Assembly (NCBI GenBank): GCA_009914755.4
Contig: CP068257.2
Location: forward strand, 39,520,001-39,584,000
DNA: 64,000 bases
Direction: 5' to 3'
Source of the DNA: the human T2T-CHM13v2.0 reference genome, Homo sapiens
Part shown: positions 14,031 through 25,585 of the stretch, piece by piece
Layout of the letters: every line of letters starts with the position of its first letter
How positions within the stretch are numbered: position 1 is the stretch's first letter
Position numbers and translations under genes: made by a program
The notes under the pieces: generated by a model
Database searches by the model: none
Told to the model about the DNA's origin: nothing
Seen by the model: the letters and a program-made list of their open reading frames with translations, nothing else

Positions 14031-14320
14031 TTTTTCTTTTCTTTTTTTTCTTTTTTTTTTTTTGGACAGAGTCTCATTCTGTTGCTCAGGCTGAGTGCAT
14101 TGGTGTAATCATGGCTCACTGTAGCCTTGACCTCCGGGCTCAAGTGACCCTCCTGCCTCAGCCTTCTGAGTAGATGGGATTACAGGTGTGTGCCACCATG
14201 CCTGGCTTTTTAAATTATTCTTATTATTTGTATAGGTCTTGAACTCCTGGGCTCAAGCAATCTACCCACCTCAGCCTCCCAAAGTGCTGGGATTACAGGT
14301 GTGAACCACCATGCCCAGCC
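14031..14320 (-). mobile_element. Alu SINE (antisense) with poly-T tail
   Basis: ttttttcttttcttttttttcttttttttttttggacagagtctcattctgttgctcaggctgagtgcattggtg ... gtgctgggattacaggtgtgaaccaccatgcccagcc. Confidence 0.9.
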
Positions 14321-17300
14321 CTCATTCTCATTTATTCTGAGAACGTGAGAAATTGTCCAGGAAGCCCTCCCTTCCTACTCATTAGGTGAGGTCACATTCT
14401 GCCACCTGCCAGACCCACTCAGCTCTGTGCGCAGTGCCACGCCAGGCCCACTGGAGCTGCCCAAGACTGTGGTCAGCCTCTCTGCTCCCATGGAAGCAAC
14501 TGGAGAGAAGAGTGAGAAATATGAGTCAAAAAGTTGTGTGGCGACGTGGGGTGGGGGATCCTTTCCTGCAGGACATGAGAAAAATGGATGGTGAATGGCA
14601 GAGTTTGAGGAGGACCATATGTAGGCACTTGTCTTTCTGTATCTATGTCAAAAAAGCATAATTTTAAGAAAGAAATTGAGTTCTGTCATTTTAAAAGTCG
14701 GAAACTTTAATCAAACTCTACCTCTGCTATCTACCAGGTATTTGCAACTCTGAACAAATTATTTTGCTTATATAAGCCTTTATTTCCTCAACCTGTAAAC
14801 TTGAGATAATAAGTCTTGTTTCCCTCACCTCAAAAGGTTGCTGGATGAGCCTATTATATTGGGAATTAAATGTAGGTTTGGTTTTTTCTGGCCAAGTATA
14901 AAGCACTGTAAAAATGCAGGGTATTTACTCTTGCCCTATGGTAAAGAGAAAATTAAAGTAATTGGTGCTATTATATTCTACTCCTAGCTTTTGTGAAAGA
15001 TTTAGTGTAGATTATATAAACTCTTAAAAAGCTTTATTGTATGTTGATCAACAAAAACGTCTGTTTGAAAGACGTGATGCCTGAAAAAGTAATATGTTTA
15101 TTAAACCTAATAAATGCATCTGTATAAAAGCATCCAGATTCTACCATTTTCAAGGGACTGTTGCAAAGATCCAAGGGCACCGTGAGGCTGCAAACCTCCT
15201 TGAACTCTGAAAAGCAATTCACGTATTAGTTGTGGCTGATATTATGATGAGTGCAAGCTGCAGGCAGCAGCGTGGCCAGCCCTGAGTCCACCAGAGGGAG
15301 ACGAATCACACCACTGGAGGCTCAGGGGAGACATCAGCTGTGAGGGGGCAGCAGGATGATTGCCATGAAAGGGAGGACAATGGAAGAGAAGGGAGGAGAT
15401 GGACATGGGGTTGGGAGAGCCACAGGGACAGAGAGCATGGAGAGCCCCAAGCAGAGAGTGGCAGAGGGGCACTCAGAGACACCCTCACCGCCCCTGGTGG
15501 ATACCGTTTAGCTCCCTCAAAAGACGAGGAGCGCTTGAGCAGGGAAGGGGAGCCCCCAGAAGCATCCAGCCCAGCACTGGTCGGGAACTGGAACCAGCCG
15601 CTGAGGCTCCCGTTCTACCCCAGGGCACTGACAAGTCACGAGGCTGCAAATCCTAGGTATTTACCCACCTCACTTCCTGGTCTTTAAGATTGCAGCTGCC
15701 AAAACCTTGTCATCGTCCTACGATTGTTTTCAGGGGTTTCAGCTCGACTACTTTAATGCAATGACAGTGTCACATTTATATCCTGGAACCCATCCAGATG
15801 CTCTGGAGGCCAGAACACCCTGCCAGGAGAGGATAATGAAGCAGATGACACCTAAGAGGGTTGCAGGCCCAGCTGACAACCCCCTACCCCAGCCTGAGTT
15901 GGCAACCTTTGGACATAGTCCTCAGCTTGGGGGCAGAAGAGGCTGCTGGGGCCCCCTGAGGTGCTGTTGTCTTCTGAAAGCTTCCTCATTCTGGTTGTGC
16001 TGAGCAGGGAGGTCAAAGCCTCTTACTCCAAAAAGTCAGCAGATCATTAGTCTAATTAGCATAATAAAGCTGGCATTTTCGCTTGGCTCTGAGCCTGGAG
16101 TTAAGTAGCTTACAGTTGTGCAGGGTGTGGACTGCACAACCCAACGGTTCTCATTCCCATGGACTTGCTAGACATGGCACCCCCCAGAGGCTGTTCAGTG
16201 TCCAGCTTGTTTAACCCTGAGCAGGGTCTGGAAGTTAGGGACCTACAGGCTATGGTGGTGTAGGGAGGAAAATGGGCTTACCTGCTAGTGAAGACTGCGG
16301 GAGGTCAGTGTTTAGGGAGGAAAGAAAATCAACAGGAAATGTGGAATACGCGTTTCTTCCACTCTGTTCTCCAGGATTTTCATTCCTTGGCCAGTTGCTT
16401 CCGGGAATTTATTCCCTTGTCTGGAAATACCATCTCTCTGTTGTTCCTTGAAAACAAAGAACAGAAACATAAGAGAAATCCTTTCATTACCTGGTACAGG
16501 GCTACCCATGGACACAATGAGGGGCCTGTAGGAGCAAACAATGGGGGATTCATTGACCCCACTGAAAGAAATACGCACAAGCAGGCGAACCAACCCACAT
16601 CTTTTTTGTTGTTGTTGTTTATTTGTTTGTTTTGCTTTCACAATATTCTAACCGGGAAAAAAGCAAGTTTGATTCACAGGAGGAAAAAGCGGTTGGAGAC
16701 TTATGCAAACTGTTGTGATATTTGCACCCATATTCTAAAAAGGAACCCCGTGCATGCCGACCCCTGCCCACACAAGCAAGGGGGTCTGGAGAAAGTGAGC
16801 ATTTGCCATGAAAGCGGCAAGGAGGGTTTCTAAGATGCGACCTGCTTGCAAACCAGCCCAAGCTTCACTGCAATGTTCTTTTCAACTGTTTCCACCATTC
16901 TGAAGGTGGATGGCAGATGAGACCCTGGCCAGTCTCTGCAGCCGTGGAGACAAAAACTACAGGCTCAAGAACAAGGACTGGTGCTCAGTGAGAACTGCCC
17001 AACTCTCCCCAGCTCCCCCAAACCCGCTTTGTCCATTAAACAATCGGGAAACGGAGAAAAATATTTGCAGACACAATGTGGTCTGAGGTTGATACATTCT
17101 TATCTAGAGTAGATTCATCTTGGATAAACAGACACTGTTCATTTTCCTAAGACACAGGGCATTTCGTGCAGGTTCAGTGACAGAGCGGCTGGCTGTTTCT
17201 GCAAGTGGGGGTGCGTGGAGAGGGAGATGCAGAACAGTCGCGTCCCCACTTCTGCAAGCTAACTGGTTGTGCTTCTCGAAAAGGCTACCATCCCCGGGAG

Positions 17301-17553
17301 ACACTGCAGCTTCCCCTGTGAAAAGGAACCTCACTATCCCAAAATGGCACCAAATGCTCAAAGACAGTGTAGGTGGGTCAGGGCAGCCCCACCCTGCCGC
17401 TGCTGCGGAGCGGAACGAGCTTCCTCTTCCTTCTAAGATTCAACAACTACTCATTGAGCATTTAACCAGTTTCTGCCACTTGCCAGTTGTGCCTCAGTTT
17501 CCTCATCTGTAAACAAGGGTGACAATTGTTAGATCTGCCATGCATGATGTTGC

Positions 17554-17872
17554 GAAGATTCAATGAGCTGATACTGTAGCTGCTTAGAAGAAGCCCCGGT
17601 CAACACAGGGCTGTGGTGAAGATTCAATGAACTGATACTGTAGCTGCTTAGAAGAAGCCAGGTCAACATGGGGCTGTCACGGAGATTCAATGAGCTGATA
17701 CTGTAGCTGCTTAGAGGAAGCCCAGGTCAACATGGGGCTGTGGTGAAGATTCAATGAGCTGATACTGTAACGGCTTAGAAGAAGCCAGGTCAACATGGGG
17801 CTGTCATGGAGACTCAATAAGCTGATACTGTAGCTGCTTAGAAGAAGTCCAGCTCAACATGGGGCACATGCG
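17554..17872. repeat. Minisatellite: 5 tandem copies of a ~63-bp unit
   Basis: The unit gaagattcaatgagctgatactgtagctgcttagaagaagccaggtcaacatggggctgtggt is repeated head-to-tail with a few substitutions per copy. Confidence 0.85.
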
Positions 17873-18619
17873 CTGTCAGCCTCTATGACCACTTGCGGCA
17901 TCCAAAGGCCCTGTGCCACAAGGTCAGAGCATGGGATGTCATGGGACAGAATTCCAAGCATTAATCTGTGAGTCTCCTTTGCCCTCCATATGCTTTCCTT
18001 CATAGCATCCCAGGGGCTCCTCTTAGGAGGAAATGAGAAGCAAAGGCTGCAGATGCTCACATCGAGTGTTCTTGGAAAGGCTGTTGACCTGAGCGCCAGG
18101 GAGATAATTCCAGATGCGGGCACCATTGGGGTTGGTTTTCTCCTCCCTCCTGGTGGGGATGGAGGGCACAGGATGCAGGTGAGGTGAGGACCGGGAGGAC
18201 AGGGAGTTGTTTGAGAAAAACCTGCCAGGGTTGATGAGCCCTCCCTCAGTCAAGTAGTCTTGGGGAAACTGAGTCAGTGTCCAGGGGTTCTGCTTGTGGC
18301 TGGCTTCATGGGACCACCAACCAAAAGCAGCCAGCCATAGTCTGTGTCTCAGAAAATGTCCAGCCCCTCTGGCCATTCCACATGGAAGCCCCATCCAATG
18401 GTACTGGAGAGTCACCAGTCCTCCAGAGCACAGGTCGAGGCAGGGGGACTTGACGAGCAGTCTAGGACAGCCGGGGACCAGCCATATGCCTCAGGGGCAG
18501 CAGCGTGACACAGCACCTGTCCTGAAGGTGCTTGGGGCAGGACCAAGTGAAAGCCTGCGTGAGCACAGGGGGGCTGGTGTGAGAGCAGATGCAATGCGGT
18601 TTATGGCTAACGAGCCATC

Positions 18620-19260
18620 AAGAGATACTGATGTGTATGGGTGTGCTGTGTATGTGTCTGTATGTGGTAGTATGTGATGTGTTTGTGTGGTATGTAGTAT
18701 GTATTGTGTGTGTGTAGCATTGCATGCGCAATGTGTGTGCCGCGTGTGGTGTGCAATGTGTGTGCCATATGTGTGGCGTGTGTGATGTGTGTGTGCTATG
18801 TGTGTGGTGTATAGCGTGTGTGTCCTGTGTGCTGTTTGCTTGTGTGATGTGTGGTATGTAGTGTTGTGTGGTGAGGGAGTATATATGATGTCTGTGTGGT
18901 GTGCAATGTGTGTGTCTGGGTGTGTGATATGTGGTGTGGTGGGGGAGTATATATGATGTGTGTGTGGTGTGCGATGTGTGTGTCTGAGTGTGTGATGTGT
19001 GGTGTGTAGTGTGGTGTGGTAAGGGAGTGTATATGATGTGTGTGCGGTATGCAATGTGTGTGTCTGAGTATGTGATGTCTGGTGTGTAGTGTTGTGTGGT
19101 GAGGGAGTGTATATGATGTGTGTGTGGTGTGTGATGTATGTGTCTGGGTGTGTGATGTGAGGTGTGTAGTGTGGTGTGGCGAGACAGTGTGTAAGTGTGA
19201 TGTGTGCTTGTGTGTGTGGAGGTTGAGTGTCTCCATGTGTGTGTGTGTGATGGGGGAGAA
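18620..19260. repeat. GT-rich complex tandem repeat with a ~90-bp higher-order period (TG/TGTGG-rich)
   Basis: The block gtgtggtgagggagtgtatatgatgtgtgtgtggtgtgcaatgtgtgtgtctgagtgtgtgatgtgtggtgtgtagtgt recurs at least 4-5 times. It produces the His/Thr-rich 307-aa and 231-aa pseudo-ORFs on the minus strand. Confidence 0.85.
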
Positions 19261-20099
19261 TGGGGTCTCTGAGCTTGGGGTGGTCAGGGAAACCTTCCTG
19301 TGTGCACCAGGACCTGGTGAGGCTTCTCCAGCAGGAGGAGAAATGGAACCCGATATGAGCAGCTGTTGGGGAAAAAAGCCCAAGATCACTTTCAACAATG
19401 CAGTTGTGGAGCACAGGTCAAGGCTTGGAAGAATGGAGGATGCCACTACCTGAGTAACTAAGGAATGTTTCCTCATTTGTGGGGTGGTCACGGTGAAAGT
19501 ACCTTTGGGTTGTTGTGGGTTAGGAGAACCTAACTGCTGCAGCTGTCACATCTGCTACCCAGAAAGGGCTCTGAAGAGTTGCTACTGAAGCCCCTGATGA
19601 TACTGTTCATCCATCATACCCTGCAACGTCGTTATTTTAATATTGTAAGCTATTAATGCAGTAAAATACTTTATTCAAGTATTGAAATCATCTAAGCTTC
19701 CTATTCCCTAGAGATGCATGAATAACAGAGCTCTGATGCTTATTTAAGTTTGTATAGGATTTTACATTTTGCAAAATATTCTCAAATACAAAATCATCTC
19801 ATATCAGTTACCTTCCCCCACCACTGCCAATTAGTCTCTGGCTAGTGATGTAACCCTTATGTACCCCAGATTCCTCATCTGTTAAAATCAGGTTGATGGG
19901 AGGATTAAATGACTTAGTAAAGGTAAAGCGTTGGCATTTGTATACAGTAAGTGCTCAATAAATGTTAGCCAGCAACAATAAGTGTTGCTTCTCCGGGTAA
20001 GTTCTCTGCTTTACCTGAGATGCTTGGTCCTGGGGTTCCAGAGTCAGTCACCCTCATTGATAGAAGACAGACATGAAAGTGGGCCTGAGAACATGCAAA

Positions 20100-20215
20100 G
20101 GACATAAAAAGGAAGAAAGGAGAGAGAAAGTGAGAGAGGGAAAGAGTGAGAGAAAGAGAGGGAGAGAGAAGGGAGAGAGAGAGAGATTGAGATTGAAGGC
20201 CAGTGAGGTCATGTG
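20100..20215. repeat. GA-rich (GAGA/GGAA) low-complexity tract
   Basis: ggaagaaaggagagagaaagtgagagagggaaagagtgagagaaagagagggagagagaagggagagagagagagattgagattgaagg. Confidence 0.7.
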
Positions 20216-20504
20216 CAGAAAAGATAGCCAAGATCACCAAACCACGGATGGCCCCATATACATGCAATTTCCATTTTCCTCTTCTGTTTTCTTTCCCAGC
20301 AGAATTTGCAAGCATATGGAAGTCAAGACCTAAGCCCAGTATCTTCCTGTGTTGTCTCTGGCTGGAGGGACAATAGAAGATCATTTAACCTGAATGTCCA
20401 CATTGAGATCTGTTCATACTAACAGCACTTTCAGAATTGTATATATTAACAGCCCCATTTTTTATAGATATGGTAGCACAAAATATTAAATATGGAAAGT
20501 GGGT

Positions 20505-20870
20505 GTATTAGTCTGTTCTCATGCTGCTATAAGGACATACCTGAGACTGGGTAATTTATAAAGGAAGGAAGTTTAATTGACTCACAGTTATGCAGGACTA
20601 GGGAGGCCTCAGGAAACTTAGAAGGGGAAGCTAACACTTCCTTCTTCACATGGCGGCAGCAAGGAGAAGAATGGGTGCTCAGAGAAGGGGGAAGTCCCTG
20701 ATAAAACCATCAGCTCTCATGAGAACTCACTCACAAGAGTGAGAACAGGATGGGGGAAACTGCCCCCATGATTCAGTTTTCTCTACCTGGTCCTTCCCAG
20801 GACACATGGGGATTATGGGAACTATAATTCAAGATGAAATTTTGGGTGGGGACACAGCCAAACCTTATCA
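20505..20870 (-). mobile_element. Solo THE1-like MaLR LTR (antisense)
   Basis: tgtattagtctgttctcatgctgctataaggacatacctgagactgggtaatttataaaggaag...ttaattgactcacagtt...ggaggcctcaggaaactt ... cccccatgattc...ggggattatgggaactataattcaagatgaaattttgggtggggacacagccaaaccttatca is the reverse complement of the THE1 consensus. The consensus is recalled from memory. Confidence 0.8.
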
Positions 20871-21779
20871 GTAGGCATAGGAAGAAATAAGTGGACTTAA
20901 AAGAATTATGCCTTAAAAAAACAAAATACCCTGTAAATCAACTGGGTTTACATGAACAAATAAAAGAGGAGTTACACAAAATCCTATGTATTTAGTGACA
21001 AAAGACAATGAAAAAATTGTGTTTTCAGTCTTCTGTCCCAGATCAGAAGTTTGAGGGCCTGCTCATTTGAAAATGACTTTTTAAAACCCATGAAGTTATT
21101 TTTAATGGAAGTCTTACTTATTAAAGATTCTTGTTGCTATCTGCAGATCCCAAACAAGATTCTTTGGCGTCCTCAGCTTGCTCTTCTCCCTTTCCTTGGT
21201 AGACTTTTCTCTTTGTCTGTACTTCAAGTGCCTCCTGCCAAGTAGAAAATGAAGAGTCAGTCCGTGTGCTGGGCTCAGAGCCCTGCCGTTTTAGTGGCTT
21301 CATGGATGGCTTGGCACAACTAGGGAGCAATGGTGTCTCCCACACCTGAGATGGACCCTGTTGGACTCAGAGTGGCCAGCAGGATGTGGGTTGACCCCAG
21401 TAGCACATTAAGCTCAGCCCAGAGTGGCAGGAACTGAGGCGGCCAGGAGAATGTGCAAGGGCCACCCAGACTGTAGGACAAGCTAGGAATCCAGTAAAGA
21501 AGAGGGCCCTGGCAGTTCCTTTGGAATCCCTGTGATTCCTTCTTTCATTCATGGCTTCATTCATTCAACAAATATGTATTGAGCACTTGTGACATGCCAC
21601 CTTCTGTTTTGGGTATTCAGGATACATCAGTCAACAGAATAGGCAAAGATTGATTGCTACCCTCGTGGAGCTTATGTGCTGGGGAGGGAGGTATGCAGGG
21701 AGACAGGGCACAGTGAGATGGTGAAAGTCCACAGCAAACACAATGAGCCATCCATTTGTGTGGTCTGTTATAAAATGAT

Positions 21780-22085
21780 TAGAGCTGTGGAAGGACAGAA
21801 GAAAGGAAAGAGGAAGAGAGGGAGGGAGGAAGGGAGGGAGGGACAAATGGAGAGAAGGAAGGAAAGAAAGACAGGGAGGGAAGAAAGGAAAGAGAAAGAA
21901 AAAGAAAGAGAGAGAGAAAAGAAAAGAAAGAGAAAGAAAGGAAGGAAGGAAGAGAAAAGGAAAGGAAAGAAAGAAAAGAGGGAGGGGGAAAGGAAGAGAA
22001 GAAGGAAGGGAAAGAAAGGAAAGGAAAAAAGAAAGGAAGGCAGGCAAACAGGCAGGTAGAAAGAAGGAAGAAAAAAAGGAAAGAG
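21780..22085. repeat. Purine-rich (GGAA)n/(GAAA)n/(AGG)n simple-repeat block of about 300 bp
   Basis: The + strand is nearly all purine (gaaggacagaagaaaggaaagaggaagagagggagggaggaagggagggag...). It produces K/E/R-rich and S/F/L-rich pseudo-ORFs. Confidence 0.85.
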
Positions 22086-23255
22086 GAAAATGAAAACCAT
22101 AGGGAGTCAGGGAGTGCCTGGGCCAAGGCAGGGAGGAAGGGGCCTGGCTGTGACTGGAAATGGGAGGTGCCCTCTGGGCAAGGACTTGAGGAATTGTAGG
22201 AGTGTTCGTCCTGGAGCCATCCAGCAGGTAGCCTTCCAGGTAGAAGTAAGGGGCTGCAAGGAGGCCTTAAGGGTACAGCCCACCTGATCATTCCCCAGAG
22301 TCGCAATGAGGCTGGAGGCCTGAGGGGCTGGAGCAGAACAGATTGCAGTGGGAGAGCAAGGGGGCTTATGGACCACAGAGGGCCTCAAGGACCACTGTAA
22401 GATGCAGTCCCATGGGAACCATTGCAGGCTTTTAAACAGAGGAGGGACACTCTGTGCCATATTTTAACAAGATCACTGGGGCCGCTGGGCAGAGAACAGA
22501 CCATGGGGACAAGGGTGGAGGCCAGAGACCTGCTGGAGGCTGTGGCAGGTGAGGGAGGATGGGAGCTGGGGCCAGGTGGCTGTGGAGAGGTGAGAAGCGG
22601 TTGGTCAGTTTCTGGTAAAGGTCGAAGGTAGATCCAGCATGACTCCTGACGGCTGGATGTGTGGTGTGAGAAAAAGAAGAGTCAAGGGTGTCTCCAAACT
22701 GTGGTCTGAACAGCAAGAGGGACAGATGGGACCTGTGGCTGAGGTGAGGAGGATGGCAGGTAGGGAAGAGAGGGGATGACAGAGCAGAAATTCCATGTGG
22801 ATGCTGTAGAATCTGAGATGGATGTGAGGAAAGCCCAGTGGACTATCAAAGAGGCAGAGGGTATAAGAGTAGTGGGCATTCAGGAGAGGTCTGAGCTGGA
22901 ACTAAAACAGATGAGATATTTTGAGTCATGATTGAAATGTGGGTGAGATCCCCAGAGATCAACAATGGACGGGGCGCAGGAAAGAACCAGGGACTGCACC
23001 CTGGCATCTCCAGCACTAAGAAGTGGAGGAGAAGAGGAGGAACCCACAAAAGAACCTGCGAAGGAGGGACTCAGAGGAAAGAGAAAAACCAAGAGAAAGA
23101 CATTGCAGAAATCAAGAGAATGGAGTTAGAGTGGTCAGCACTGCATCAAATATTGCCAAGGGTTCAGGTCAGATGGGGACTGGGGTTTGAAGATGATTCC
23201 AAGTTTTATTCAAGAACTAATATAAAATACTCCATTCTGGAGTTTGCAGCCAAAG

Positions 23256-23551
<296 letters not shown>

Positions 23552-25258
23552 CAAAGTCCTTCCTTGGGTTATGGAAGCTTATTCCCAGCTTGGTTTCCAT
23601 CAAGTTCAATGTCCAATGAGGTGGCAGCTGAGACTTGAGGATATGACGTGTTTACCTTTGAACTTTGCGTACAAAATACCCCAGCTGAAGGTCCCTCACA
23701 GAGAGTTTGGAAAATAAAAACACTACGACCATCACATTCCCAAGCAGAAGGAAAGACAAATTCATGAGCAAATCACCACATTCATAAACAGAAAGCCACC
23801 AGCCTTCAAGAAGAGATAAGGCAAGGCTGTTCTCATTTCATGGGACGTTGTTACTGTTCTACTGTTCATCTCTATAAAGTATAGATACATGAAAGTATTT
23901 TTTTTCAAACGCAAATAAAAGTTCTTCTCTTAAATGAAAATAACCTAAAAACAGCAATAAAGCCTAAAAGAAATGTGCTGCCCTCAAATTCTTCCTGACG
24001 TTATACCACGGATCTGATTCTCCAGGGCTGGAATCCAGTGTTTCCACCCAGGAGGGGCAAGTTCCTTCACTTCCCTGGGTGTTGATGGTCTCACTTATAG
24101 GTTGGGGATAGCACCCACAATCCACAGTTCCTTAAGAATTTTTTGAGACTGAGTGATTTGTGGCTGGTAAACAGTAATGAGGATGATAGTGATTACCTAG
24201 CTTTAAACAGATTTCCCAAGGAGATAAGTTTCTACCAAGGTTCTTTGCCTTGTCAGAAAGCTCCAAAGGCTGAATGGCGGGCGTCCCAGCTCCCAGATCC
24301 CCATCCTGATAAAACCCTGGTGTGCCCACCCCGAGTTTCCCAAGTGACTCCAAAGAGAATGTTACCCAGAGGAGAGCAACTGGCTCCCAGATCTGTAGGA
24401 GAACTTTTGACATTTTCTCATCATCATGCAAGGGACTGAGGCTCTTTGCAGGATATGGATGGCTCAAGGGAACTAATAGGAACAGTGGCGTGTGGTTCCA
24501 ATCCCACGTCTGCAGTTTAAAAACAAATGGCTGCAATTGCATTGTGTACACAGGCCTACATCCTCCTCTCTGCTCCGGGGAGAAGAATAAAGGTGTGACT
24601 TTCTTTGTTAAGTGCTTTCTTCCCTACCCTGGAATCAGCCTCCACCCACCTGAAAGGGAGGGAAGAGGAGGAGCCCCAACCTTCCAGAAGAAAAAGCAAA
24701 CAAATTCCACCCTCCAAACCCAACCCAACCCAACCCAACGCTAGGAAGCCAGGTTCCATTTGTGTGGCTTAGCACAGAGGGACACCACCCCAGCTTCCGG
24801 TTTAAGTTTATGTAAAAAGAGTTTAAAAATATGTCTGAACCTATATTATCCCATCACCATCAGGAATAGTAATTAGTATTAATTAAAATAATACCCAGTG
24901 ACTAGGGCTTAAAACGTACCAGCTTTATGTGAGGTGATTGACATGTATTCCTACCTAATTTCACAAATATTTGATGAACTGGGCCCTATCTCCCATTTAA
25001 CAGAGGAGGAAGCCAAGGTGTGAAGAGTGGATATGGTGTGCTGGGGAGCACACAGCTGGTGGATCCTGAGTAACAATGCAGTCCTTGGGGTGACCTCCCT
25101 TCCCCCTCCCTGTTAAGCTCTCTCCCACTCTCCACCCCCAACCTCTGCTCTCATCACACGCCAGCCCCACCCACACCCCGGCCAGACTCTTTTTCTTTTT
25201 TCCTTCCCTTTTCCCTCTCATTCTTACCCTACTCCTCCAACTCAAAGAGTTAGTTGAC

Positions 25259-25585
25259 GGCTGGATGTGGTGGCTCACGCCTGTAATCCCAGCACTTTGG
25301 GAAGTCAAGGCGGGTGGACTGCCTAAGCTCTGGAGTTTGAGACCAGCCTGGACAACATGGTGAAACCCTGTCTCTACTAAAAAAAAAAAAAAAAAAAAAA
25401 AAATTGGCTGAGCGCGGATGTGGGCACCTGTAATTCCAGCTACTTAGGAGGCTGAGGCAGGAGAATCGCTTAAACCCGGGAGGCGGAATTTGCAGTGAGC
25501 CGAGATCATGTCACTGCACTCCAGACTGGGTGACAAAGTGAAACTCCATCTTAAAAAAGAAAAAAAATAAAAATAAAATTAAAGT
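25259..25585 (+). mobile_element. Alu SINE with long internal and 3' A-tracts
   Basis: ggctggatgtggtggctcacgcctgtaatcccagcactttgggaagtcaaggcgggtggac ... ctactaaaaaaaaaaaaaaaaaaaaaaaattggctgagcgcgg ... cactgcactccagactgggtgacaaagtgaaactccatcttaaaaaag. Confidence 0.9.

Noticed and set aside
18491-19491. 307-aa and 231-aa minus-strand ORFs encoding His/Thr/Pro-rich repeats
   Set aside because: They are a direct translation of the GT-rich tandem repeat (ACA/CAC/CAT codons on the minus strand). They have periodic identical peptide blocks, no start context and no coding signal outside the repeat.
21631-22306. 138-175-aa ORFs (Ser/Phe/Leu-rich on minus, Lys/Glu/Arg-rich on plus)
   Set aside because: They are generated by the 300-bp polypurine (GGAA/GAAA)n block, which is compositionally forced.
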